From the NCBI GenBank assembly GCA_001600815.1, contig BCKZ01000005.1, positions 71,532-135,531 of the forward strand: a DNA stretch of 64,000 bases, written 5' to 3'. The stretch comes from Alloascoidea hylecoeti. Taxonomy: Eukaryota. The position numbers and the translations under genes were made by a program. This document shows, piece by piece, positions 36,261 to 47,449 of this stretch (its first letter is position 1; each line of letters opens with the position of its first letter). The notes under the pieces are model-generated. The model was not told the DNA's origin. It was given only the letters and a program-made list of their open reading frames with translations, and searched no databases.

Positions 36261-37181
36261 ATGAGATTCGCACCACCTCGTGGAGTTTGGGTTCCAATAC
36301 CTACCTTCTTCAAGTCAGATCGCTACACAATTGATTTTGTTACTCAAGTTAATCATGCAAAATATTTAGAGGATAATGGAATAAGTGGGCTTGTCATAAT
36401 GGGGTCAACTGGTGAAGCAGTTCACCTTGTTAGAGAAGAGAGAGCAAAGATTATCTCTAGTCTACATGAAGCTGTGAAAATCCCCATCGTTGGTGGTGTT
36501 ATTGCAAATTCTGTTGGCGATGCGTTGGAAGAAATCGATAGCATCAAAGGAGCAGGGGCTTCAGCAGCTTTAGTATTAGCTTCAAATTATTTTGCAGGCT
36601 CTTTGACACAACAAGGAATTATTGACTGGTATACAATCATTGCAGATAAAAGTAGTTTGCCAGTTTTACTTTATTATTATCCCGGAGTTTCAAATAATAT
36701 TTATATTGATCCATCTACATTCAAGACTTTAAGTGCACATCCAAATATCATCGGCGCTAAACTATCGCATGGTGATCTTTCGCACCTTACAATAATAGCA
36801 TCAGATCCGGAAATCAAAGCCAACAACTTCCGAACATTTACTGGTTTAGGTCAAATTTTATTACCCTCATTACTAATGGGGGCTAGTGGCTGTGTTGACG
36901 CTTTAGCAGGAGCTTTTCCAAAGACCCTTGTTAAGATATTTAATTTAGCAAATGAGAAAAACTTTGATGAGGCCGCAAAGTTACAATTTGTTGTCAGTAA
37001 AGCAGAAGAAATTGTGGTTAAGCTAGGTGTTGTCGGTATAAAAAGAGCTATTCGAGAAGCGGCTAGATTCGGTGACATTAATGTAGGAAGAGCTCCATTG
37101 AATCAAGAGTTAGCTGTTGGAGCTTGGGAGCATTACCAACATTATTTTGAAGATCTCAAAGCATTAGAAAATTCTCTATAG
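36261..37181 (+). CDS. LRA4: L-2-keto-3-deoxyrhamnonate aldolase (DHDPS/NAL family)
   Basis: GSTGE, LLYYYPGVSNN, Schiff-base Lys in IIGAKLSHGD, TGLGQILLP; closely resembles yeast Lra4 as I recall it; clustered with LRA2. Confidence 0.85.
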   Translation: MRFAPPRGVWVPIPTFFKSDRYTIDFVTQVNHAKYLEDNGISGLVIMGSTGEAVHLVREERAKIISSLHEAVKIPIVGGVIANSVGDALEEIDSIKGAGASAALVLASNYFAGSLTQQGIIDWYTIIADKSSLPVLLYYYPGVSNNIYIDPSTFKTLSAHPNIIGAKLSHGDLSHLTIIASDPEIKANNFRTFTGLGQILLPSLLMGASGCVDALAGAFPKTLVKIFNLANEKNFDEAAKLQFVVSKAEEIVVKLGVVGIKRAIREAARFGDINVGRAPLNQELAVGAWEHYQHYFEDLKALENSL

Positions 37182-37429
37182 CTCTAGTAGTACATATACA
37201 CCAGCTGTATGGTTAATAAAAACTAAAAAATATGATATGTAAATATATATCGACCTATATTGATTTCATTCATAAGAACGATTAAATAATAAAATAAATT
37301 TTTTATGGTTATGGTACGTATTATACAAACGAGAAAAAAAATATGTACTTTTTTAAAATCATTCAAAACTTTGTAAAATTGGAGTTGGAATAGATACCAA
37401 AGTTTTCTTGTAATAGTGTTAGAAATATA

Positions 37430-40390
37430 CTACTGTGCTTTATTATTAGGATTCGTTTGATTATTAATAAGCCAATCTTGGGAAGATCTTCTACTATTCC
37501 AAAGATTATGTTGATAGAAACCAGGAGTGAGCGTTCGTTTGTTATGATTATGGATATCTTCAGGTTCTTGATTGACGTTAATATTACCATTTAGATCAGA
37601 ATTTGAAGGACCAGCCATTTTTTGATATTGAAATTGTTGGTTATTGTCAGGTGTCAAACCCAATGATTTAATATCCGAAATATTCTTAAGATAATAATCT
37701 ACTGAATCGTTAGCATTTGCTATACCATATGATCCAAGTTCTTCATTTGTATTGAGAGATTTTGGAAATTTAAACCATTCAAAAATATTTTCCAAGTTTA
37801 CAGAAGAATCAAACGATGGTAATCCAGTCGTATTATAGGGCGAAGGAGTTGCTACAACATTTTGTCCAAATTGATTGAGTGATGTTGGTATATTGGTATC
37901 TGGATATGAGATTGTTGTTGGTAAGGATGGTTGATTTTGCGATGGTAATTTTGGAGATGGTTTCACGCCTCCAGAGGAAGGTTCAGATCTGCTCATTTTC
38001 TTTGATAAAATAAAATCCAGGGTATAGGCATTATGCCTCATATCAGATAAAATTCTAGTACTGGAAGGATGAGAGCGGTCAATAATATTATTTTTTGAAT
38101 TTTCAGTTATATCAATAATACCTTCATCATCATTGATATCCTCATCCTCATCATCGCTATTATTAGATTTTGATTCATTTTTATTATGATCTAAATCATT
38201 TGATTTTTGAAGGGTAAAGGTAGTATTTTTATTCTTCGATTTATCTTCCTCATTTAATACGAAGCTTAAAATTTTGGCAAATTTTACTGATGAAGGCCAA
38301 GAAACTCCAATTGAAAATAAAGCTTTAATAAGTGTGTTTAAATCATCGGGGAATGGATTACCATTCATCACACAATCCACCAGTAATAATCTTGCTGTAA
38401 CCCATAAGGAGAAAGCATATTGAGGGCTATCTTTTATCCAAGGTCCATCCAAGTTTGATGGTTCTAAAGTTTTGACAACGTTAATAATTTTTGACGTGGA
38501 TTCTAAGCATCTCTCTCTAGCAGTATTTGAAGGTAAGAACAATTCTGATCTTGCATTTGGATAAGCAGCGCTTGAGTTTAATCTTATTATTGTTGTATGA
38601 TAAAGAGAATGTAATTTATCAATATAAGGATCATCACACTCTTTCATCGTTCCATTTACATTCCCATTATCAGGAATTGTGTAAAAAAATTGTTCAAAAT
38701 TATCATTATCTAATAATGACTGATATTTAGGTGTTAAAGTAGTTTTCCATTCTCGAATTTCATTATCTAATTTACAAAATGTCATTTGCCAATTCATTAC
38801 TTCATCTACTTTTAAAATATCAACAGGAATGCGTAAAAATTCATGAATTTTACCCAATATATGAACTAATTCCACATAATAAGAAAATGAATCATATGTA
38901 TCATCCTCTGTTCCAGTTAGAATCACATTTGGATGAGATTGTGTTCGTAACCAACGGGTCTGAGATGGAAGCGGAATATTTACAGGTGATGAACTTGCAA
39001 CAGATGGTGACTGATTTTGATATTCATTTGAATCATTATTTAACCATATTTTCATTTTAACAGGTAATAATTTATCAACTTCAGAAGTTGGAAGTTTAAA
39101 TGGAAAAGATGTTGCAACCGCTGATAAACGATCTAATATAAATATCGACCAAAATAATCGTCTTCGAGATTCATGTTCTACCCAACTATCAGGTGCACCA
39201 AGTAATTTGGCAGATATTGTAGCTATTGTTTTATGAGAAGATTTTTTCAATTCATGATCAGGACCACTAGAGAAACGATTTTCATAATTTTTTTTGCTAT
39301 GTAATTTTTCTTTGCAAAGTTGTAGTTGTATAACTCCAGCGCATAGTAAAGATAAAATGCTCCATAAATCTGGACCATTTGAAGTTCCATATAAGTCCAA
39401 AGCAAGTAAAGTAAGCGCCTGTAATTGCTGTATATTTTCGACTTTATAGCATAATAAGATGATTTTTTCTTTTAAGAATTTATATAAGGTTTCATTTTCT
39501 GCAGATGCGTCGATATATCTTAATGAACAAAGCAATATACCATACAACACAAATTCTGAATTATTTATTGCATTATTAGGAGAATGTGAGCGAGAGTGTT
39601 TAGCAGGGTTAGGTTTTGTAAAAAGTGAATGAATCGTATGGGCAGGATGAAGAAAAGGTAAATGTGGGTGGATTTTTTTAAAGAATATATTAACCATATA
39701 CCTAACGGTTGAAACAGATGGTAAGCCTGGCCATGGGAAAGAGTTATCATCATAATATGGTGAATTTTTGGCCGACTGTATTACAGGTACTTGTATTGAT
39801 AGTGGTGAAACCGGATCTGTAGAGGTCCGAGTAGCCGAATCAGCAGTGATACCATAAGTATTCACATTCATCGAGGGTTGAAATTGAAAAGAGTTTGCAT
39901 TTGAAAAAGATAATTGCAGCTGGCTATAATTGTTTTTCAAAGATGCTATTTGATTTTTCAATGATGATATTTCACCATCATGCGATGACAAAGTGACTTC
40001 CAGACGGTCTAATCGTTCGCTGTATTTCTTCCCAAACCCAGGCTGAAGGCCAGGTTTTTTCATAGGGGAGTAGACACAGTCTACACCATTTTTAGCACAA
40101 TAGGCACAACTTGGTTTTCGACCATTACACTTCACTTTTCGTGCTTTACAAGCGTCGCAGGATCTCGATATTCTTACCACATCAGGTGGATGATCCTCCG
40201 AACCTCTTTTTCGTTTATGGGGCATTGAAGTTTCAGTTGTAGGATTTGACGAGGATGGCTCCTTTGGCCCGGAGTCCGATCCTCGTGTCCCCTGCATATC
40301 CTCCGTACACTCTGTACCAATGGGCTGCACAACGGTGGACTGATGCGAAGATCCAGTCACGTGTTGTGGGGTTTGCTCAGATCCCAGCAT
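37430..40390 (-). CDS. TRC1: Zn(II)2Cys6 transcription factor, probable rhamnose regulator (Trc1/RhaR-like)
   Basis: CDACKARKVKCNGRKPSCAYCAKNGVDC zinc cluster, coiled coil, middle homology region ESRRRLFWSIFILDR. The symbol is inferred from its position between LRA4 and LRA2. Confidence 0.75.
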   Translation of the reverse strand: MLGSEQTPQHVTGSSHQSTVVQPIGTECTEDMQGTRGSDSGPKEPSSSNPTTETSMPHKRKRGSEDHPPDVVRISRSCDACKARKVKCNGRKPSCAYCAKNGVDCVYSPMKKPGLQPGFGKKYSERLDRLEVTLSSHDGEISSLKNQIASLKNNYSQLQLSFSNANSFQFQPSMNVNTYGITADSATRTSTDPVSPLSIQVPVIQSAKNSPYYDDNSFPWPGLPSVSTVRYMVNIFFKKIHPHLPFLHPAHTIHSLFTKPNPAKHSRSHSPNNAINNSEFVLYGILLCSLRYIDASAENETLYKFLKEKIILLCYKVENIQQLQALTLLALDLYGTSNGPDLWSILSLLCAGVIQLQLCKEKLHSKKNYENRFSSGPDHELKKSSHKTIATISAKLLGAPDSWVEHESRRRLFWSIFILDRLSAVATSFPFKLPTSEVDKLLPVKMKIWLNNDSNEYQNQSPSVASSSPVNIPLPSQTRWLRTQSHPNVILTGTEDDTYDSFSYYVELVHILGKIHEFLRIPVDILKVDEVMNWQMTFCKLDNEIREWKTTLTPKYQSLLDNDNFEQFFYTIPDNGNVNGTMKECDDPYIDKLHSLYHTTIIRLNSSAAYPNARSELFLPSNTARERCLESTSKIINVVKTLEPSNLDGPWIKDSPQYAFSLWVTARLLLVDCVMNGNPFPDDLNTLIKALFSIGVSWPSSVKFAKILSFVLNEEDKSKNKNTTFTLQKSNDLDHNKNESKSNNSDDEDEDINDDEGIIDITENSKNNIIDRSHPSSTRILSDMRHNAYTLDFILSKKMSRSEPSSGGVKPSPKLPSQNQPSLPTTISYPDTNIPTSLNQFGQNVVATPSPYNTTGLPSFDSSVNLENIFEWFKFPKSLNTNEELGSYGIANANDSVDYYLKNISDIKSLGLTPDNNQQFQYQKMAGPSNSDLNGNINVNQEPEDIHNHNKRTLTPGFYQHNLWNSRRSSQDWLINNQTNPNNKAQ

Positions 40391-40571
40391 ATAAAGTTTA
40401 TTTGTGTGTGTCGGATGAAAGATACGAGGTGTCGGTTCATCTTATGCCCACAGGGTAAGGGTCATCACGTGATTATACTCTATATCTTTACTCCGATATT
40501 TACACAAAATATTTGTATAAAGATAGGTAAATAGATGAAAATGTTGGTTTCATTTTGTATGTAGATCCAAA

Positions 40572-41618
40572 ATGAGCACCAATCATAAAAGAAAGACAAT
40601 TGATACCCATGTTCACTTATATGGGACCCCACAATTGAAAAATCTAGCGTGGATGAAAGAATCTGAAAATTCACCTTTGAATTCTAGTCATACTATCGAC
40701 AAATACATCACAGATGCATCAGATATCGATAATTTAGATATAGAAGGTATTATTTTTATTGAAGTAGATGTTAAATCAAGTGTCACCACTATTCCACAAG
40801 AACAAGGCTGGGAATTACCTATTGAAGAGTATGCAATGATAGGAAGAATTATTAGTGGAAAGTTAGACCCAAATGAAGGTGAATCGAACAAGAAAACAAG
40901 AAATCTTATAAAAGGTTTTATTCCATGGGCACCTATTCCTTTAGGAAAAGAAGCAGTTGATAAATATATTACTTTACTTAAAAATAAGGATAAAGAATGT
41001 TATCAGTTTGTTAAAGGATTTCGTTATCTTGTTCAAGATAAACCCCCAAAAACAATGTTACAAGATAAATTTATTGAATCTCTAAATTGGATTTCAGAAA
41101 ATGGGTTTGTATTTGATTTAGGTATCGATGTTCATAATCCTAATGGGGGTTTATGGCAATTTGAAGAAGCCTTTGAAATGTTTAGTAAAACACCTAACAC
41201 AACTTATATCATCAATCATTTAACCAAACCTGATCTTGAAGCCAATCCAAAAACAATAGAAAATTATGATAAATTTATTAAATGGAGAGAATTAATGACA
41301 AAATTAAGTAAACATGAAAAATCCTATATGAAATTCTCTGGTGGCTTTTCAGAATTACCCATTGAAATAGTTAATAATTTAGAAAAATGTATTGATTATA
41401 TTTATCCATGGGCAAAAACTTGTTTTGAATTATGGGGTGAAGATAGATTTATATGGGGTAGTGATTGGCCAGTTTGTACTCTTAAATTTGAAGGTTCGTC
41501 AAAATCAATTAACCGTTGGAGCACAATTTGTGGCAATCTATTAGGTAAGTTTGGCGTAAATGAGGAGGGAAAAAATAAAATATTTTATATTAATGCTAAG
41601 AAGGCTTACAACCTCTAG
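40572..41618 (+). CDS. LRA2: L-rhamnono-1,4-lactonase (amidohydrolase_2 family)
   Basis: IDTHVH, VKGFRYLVQDKP, FDLGID, IINHLTKP, MKFSGGFSE, WGSDWPVC, NAKKAYNL. Confidence 0.85.
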   Translation: MSTNHKRKTIDTHVHLYGTPQLKNLAWMKESENSPLNSSHTIDKYITDASDIDNLDIEGIIFIEVDVKSSVTTIPQEQGWELPIEEYAMIGRIISGKLDPNEGESNKKTRNLIKGFIPWAPIPLGKEAVDKYITLLKNKDKECYQFVKGFRYLVQDKPPKTMLQDKFIESLNWISENGFVFDLGIDVHNPNGGLWQFEEAFEMFSKTPNTTYIINHLTKPDLEANPKTIENYDKFIKWRELMTKLSKHEKSYMKFSGGFSELPIEIVNNLEKCIDYIYPWAKTCFELWGEDRFIWGSDWPVCTLKFEGSSKSINRWSTICGNLLGKFGVNEEGKNKIFYINAKKAYNL

Positions 41619-42187
41619 CTATACACTTTATAAGTTCAATATAGTATGATGGATTCCTATACTATTAATTCCCATCATATTTTAAACTAAATCGGCTATA
41701 TTATAGACTAATATTCAGCCAGATCGATGAATGATTATCGGTAATATGATGGACTAAATGCCGGTACAACTCGTTTTTGAACTCAATTTTCGGCTCCTTA
41801 ATGGCTATTCTGTGTGATTTTTAATATGTAGTGTGCAAAAAGTAACATGGTAAAAGCGCCGCTCCTGAATATACAATTGTAGATTAACATTCGCAGTTTA
41901 TCAAAGAGGTGGAACAAGAACAATTCGATAACTAACATATTTCGTGGCGCTTGACGATGCAGCATACTAAAACTACACTAATTCTCATCACCATCACAAA
42001 ATTATTAAACCCACAACTGGAAGATAAAAATATTATCAATTGCAATATATATGTATTTAAATATCAATATCAATATAAAATTAATGCTCTCATAGTTACT
42101 TGCCCTGTTTAAACAATATATTTATTCTGAAAAATAATTATCATCTTAGCCTCATGCAATATTAATTTATGAATTTATATAAATCTA

Positions 42188-44274
42188 TCAGGATAGATCT
42201 CCCTCAAAATAATCAATATGTATCTTATTCGGTAAGTCTGACTTAAAATAATCTTGCAAAGAGAGCTTAACATCATGTATCATCGAATATGGTCCACAAG
42301 TCATGACAGCAAGTGACTTCCTTTCTTTTAAAATTTCAAGATAAGAAGCTATATAAGCTCTAAGATCCGGTTTGATTCCCACATTATGATATGTATTTTC
42401 AAGCGCTTTATCAAACTCCATAGTCTGATGTGGTGGTTGTGTGCTTCCAGAGCTTTCAGAATTAATTTCAATATCATCTGTAATCAACTGACTGGTACAA
42501 AACACTTTAACTATAAGATTGTCGCATTTCTCTAATTCTATCAACTCATTCCTATACTCCTCAATGAACTCTATATTATGACAAACCCATATAAAAATAA
42601 TTGAGGTTGATTGAAGTCCCTCAAATCTTGCCAAATCTATGGCATGTGAATACGCCATTGAAAATCCAACACCACCCGCGATAAATATTGACACTTCATG
42701 CTTATATATTGGTAATGGATTCCCATATGGACCGTCCACAAATACGGGTAAAGTGCATTCTCCATTTTTAGAAGAAACATATTCAATTAATTTCTTCGAT
42801 AATCCATAATTCTTTTTAATTTTTAGTTTAATAATATTTTCTTCTTCTTTCTTTGGATTAATAATAGAAATTGGATGAGATTCAAAAAACCTTTTCCAAA
42901 ATAAAATATAAACATAATTCCCTGGAGAATATTTCCACCAACCTGAATATGGGATTTTGAGTTGAATTATATCGGTATCATTAGTATCTTTTAGAATTCT
43001 ACATTCGGCAAATAATAAACCACCAGAACGGATTATTTTAACTATTCTAAGTATAACTTCAGCGAACCATATGAAGACAGAATAATATATAAAACTTATT
43101 ATTGTATGATTGTCATCTTGCCATTTAGTTAAAGACCATCTCACATTAAAATCACCGCTTTTAAATGCATGTAAGAAATAGAATATTGCATGTAATAGTA
43201 TTAGAATTGTAGTAACTCTTGAGATCCATTTATGAAAAAAATTAAACTTATTAAAAGACCAACCAGTAATAAGAATCAATGGATTGTTTCTTGCTGAAAA
43301 TAACGCAATTACTGGTAACTGAATAATTCCTAGAATTCCAGTTTTATCAGCGGCATATACCAATATTTGGTTTGTTTTAGTTTGAAACATGTTATTTGGT
43401 TCCGATAAATCGTAACGAATTGTACAAGCAATGGTTATGATAATAATATAACATATAATAGTTAATATTGGCAGCCAATCTAAATGAAAACTGATGGGGA
43501 TTTTTATACTGTGTCTTTTGTTAATGCGAATTTCATTTTTCCCTGGTAATATGTTCAGAGAACATGAATATCGAAGTTTCAATCTTGTTATTAGTGAATG
43601 AGTATCATTAAGATTCAGAGAACTGTAGACCCAGCAAACAGTGTTATAAATGGTGCCCAGAAACACCACCATTCCCCAATAGATATAAAAAAGCGAGATT
43701 CTAAATATTTAAAATTAAAAGTATTTTCTGTTAGTAACCAAAGTTAGGGTCAATATTCCAATTATAATCAAACCAATTACCCCAAATCAATTCCTCGTTT
43801 CCTATGATTGATGAGTCTGGAAGCAGAATTGATGCTTATATTATACATTTCAGGGTCTGTACTGGCTGGATTTGATATAGTTCCATTAAAAGAAGTATAT
43901 ATTTTTGCCCATCGATAATCAACTAAATATTCAGTTGCATTTTCAAAAATCCCAACAAGATCATCAAAAGAATAATCAATCTTTCCTTGGAGTAAACATG
44001 TATTTTTTAAGAAATGATATGCCTCTGTAACAATCTCAACACTATTGGCACCATTATCTATACATGTCAGAACTGTTCCCATGAATGGTTGATTCTTGCA
44101 ACGACAAGTGTAATCGGGATCTGGTGGAGGACAATCAAAATTATAATCGGTATAGTTGTTTGCGACATAAAGACATGCTACTCCCAGCTGAGAAGTCAAT
44201 CCGAGGGCTTCAACCAAATAAATTCGTAAAAAGACCAGAATAAGTGGTGTTGTCAAACTAAAAGGGATGAACAT
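42188..44274 (-). CDS. Ferric/cupric reductase (FRE family); 2 exons (44274-43781, 43700-42188); internally shortened
   Basis: Intron GTAATT..TACTAAC..TAG (43780-43701) joins the signal/Cys-rich ORF in frame to the ORF with RNNPL, HKWISR..LHA, HPIS, DGPYG, AGGVG, CGP. Confidence 0.8.
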
Positions 44275-47200
44275 TCGTATTAAGCGCCCAATTGCAAATT
44301 GTGAAGAAGGTGAGAATAAAAATAAAAGTAAAAAGAATTAAAAAGTTTTGAACGAGAAAATACAAAACCCCATTCATCCACTCTTTTTTATGTTACTTTA
44401 TGATACTATTCTCTATTGCTCTAACTGTTATATGTATAACATAGTGGTCCTACAACACTATGGGAGTTATCAAACAAACTTGCTCATTCCATGGTAACTA
44501 CATGTATCGTTGTATGTATATTCATATATTCTAAAATTAAAAAAATTAAGGAAGTTTTGGCAGAAAATAAATAGTATATATATGATGATATATGAATCAA
44601 GCAGATTCATATCATGGAAATAATATACAGCATACTGTGTCACTATTCCGCCATATCTATTTCTGGGTAATCCTGTTACTTATAAATAGCTTATATATAG
44701 TTTCTACTTTTAATAAACCATCGAATATATTTTTACATTATATTACTAACATATTGCTCAGAGTAAAACTTTAAAAACTAACGATTAATATATTAATATA
44801 CTATAATTTAGATTCAAAGAATGAACACAATGCATTGTATTTTATTGTAGCTAATATTACAGGCAAAAATATACAAATTTGGCTACTTTAATTAAACATG
44901 TCAAGCAAAGAAAAAAAATTGCAAATATTAACAGCGATTTTAAAAAAAAAGATACCAGCCAAAGAAAAAAAGTACAATTGCAAATACTTCATGTACTAAG
45001 AGCCAATTTAATTTTTCAATTAAGGCAATATGGAAAGGGACCAGAAATAAATCGGTAACTTCCAACTAGAAAATCCCTACATGAATCGCTTGTTCTTTCT
45101 AATAATTCATAAATGGTAAAGTAATTATAAATAAGAACGAATAATAATTGAACAACGCCTAGATTTTTTATAATTAGTAGATTCAAAAAAGTAAATGATA
45201 ACAATAAGGTATTACTACAAACGTCACATACTACAAATTATGAACGAAAAATGGAAGCTAATGTAACAATCAATACAAGCGGACAAGTAAGGGCAATAGA
45301 CCTTGCTATGCTATTTTCAAGGAAACAATTCATGTTGAAACTCTCCATTTTTTTCGATAGATTGAATATTTGTCCCTTTTCTTTTATAAAGAATACATTC
45401 CTTTTTATCATTTTTAATTCTGTAATTGTTGAATTAATAACTAATGCCGAAAAAAACCGTTACACCTAATCGAAAAAATACAATCATAAATTTATTGATA
45501 TCTGATTTAGCAAACATAACTATGCCAAATATTATATTCAAAATGATTAGCATTATTGAACTAAAGGTAATAAATGTGTGCAAATCAATGTTTATATTTA
45601 AACCGCGACATAGTAGCTGACGAATCCTCATGGTGACCTATAGGTTTTCAATCAAAAATTCATTTATAACCTCCAGCAATGCAACAAAGAACCCGGTGCA
45701 GAATCTGTTTTCCGTTTCACTCATTCTGTAATGATTTTACTGGAAGTTTGAGGAAAAAATATTTAAAACATTTATAATTATACCATAGTAGTAAAAATAA
45801 CATTGGGGCTTGAACCAAACATTATATTTGATTAAAAACATGAGGGTGGCTTTAGGCGTAGTGTGTTGATAAAGATATACAGGAATCTTTGATTCCCACG
45901 ATTAAACGCTAGATCTAATCACGTAAGAAATAAACTAAGCTATGCAGAAATGAAGATATCTGAAGTTCCAATTGTTTTCTTCGCTCCCTCGTGTATTCTA
46001 CGTTCTTTTCTTATAATTATCAGTTTAAGCATTATATATTTGAGAATATCCTCATATTTTTAATACCCTTATCTATCCACATATTAATGTTGTAATCGTT
46101 TCAACTGGGTTTTGTTATTCCTTTTGAGATAGAACATGATGTACGATATCTGTGGGAGCAGGGTCTAACAGGAAATTAGGTCCTTATGAGAAGCGAACAA
46201 TTTTTCCTGTCTTTGTAGGAGAACATATACCTGCAATATTCCAATTGTACCACTAAAAGCAACTTCTCGCAATTAAAGCTTTAAGCTATAAGCCAAATAT
46301 GAAGTAGTTGGCCGATGTGGTAGAAGAATATTCGATTTCTGATGAAAGGGCTGCTCATCTGCTGCATATGTTTAAAATATATTTGAGTCGCCTCTTCATA
46401 AATGTGCCAGAGCCACCCGAAGGACTCGATCTACTTAAAATCTTGAATGGAGCATCTTCTAGGATTAGTTCAAGTATGAAGTATGAGGGTGATTTCCAAG
46501 ATTGTACATATTCTTTACATTGATGAAATAATAGAAATAGTGAATTATGTGAAGAATATACCTCCATCCTTTACGACGTATTCCACCTACTGAACAAAAC
46601 CAAATGTTTGAGCAGTCTTCAAAAAAAACTACCAGATTCTTCTGCGTCTCACCAGAGATGAGTACATTTTATGAGAACAATAAAGATGCTAAATTTTAAA
46701 AAATGGTTTAGTTTTTGTGTTCTTATACACTGATCTATAATAAACTTTGAATCCTAAGCAATAAAAATTAATTGAAACAATTCAGTAAATTTGCAAAAAC
46801 TATGAGATATAATTAATTGGCACAGTATTCTTTCTCCTGAACAATATAATATCAAATTAATGAATGTAGATGTTACTGAAATGAAAGAAGCAGCTCAATT
46901 AAATATTCACACAAGGTGTGTGTGTATAATTTAGTAAAATGCAAAATCATCATCATAATATCAATTTCTTCCTGACTCAAAGTGGATGGAAAAGACGAAG
47001 TGAACTCCAAAAAACAGCAAAAGATCTCGTGGAGGAATATTGAAAGGTTCACCCTAAATTTGCGAGGAGTTACTTATTTAGGTAGCTAAATATGGTGCAT
47101 CACGTGGCTAAATATTAAGTACTAGTCCAAAGGGCAGCCGAAATCAAGTGAAATGTTTAGTCAATTAAAAAATCATAGATTCATAATTTTATGCAAAGAT

Positions 47201-47449
47201 TTTTATTCAAAGAGCGTATATAGTAATTATAATTATAAGTTAAATTTGGTTCAAATATATGGACAAAAAGATTAAAGTTTTACCATATACACGAGTACAT
47301 TAATTAGAAATATTGATGTAACAAAAAATTATATAAAAATGGAGACAAAATATAAATATGGTAAAACAAGCTATTTCCAACATCTTTCAAATGAGTTAAA
47401 CAATAAACAATTCAAATACAAAACTGAAATTCTATTTTATTTTTTGGTT

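Noticed and set aside
46200..46700. ORF 46308-46523 and its antisense partner
   Set aside because: No ATG start, no family recognised; may be a relic but unsupported
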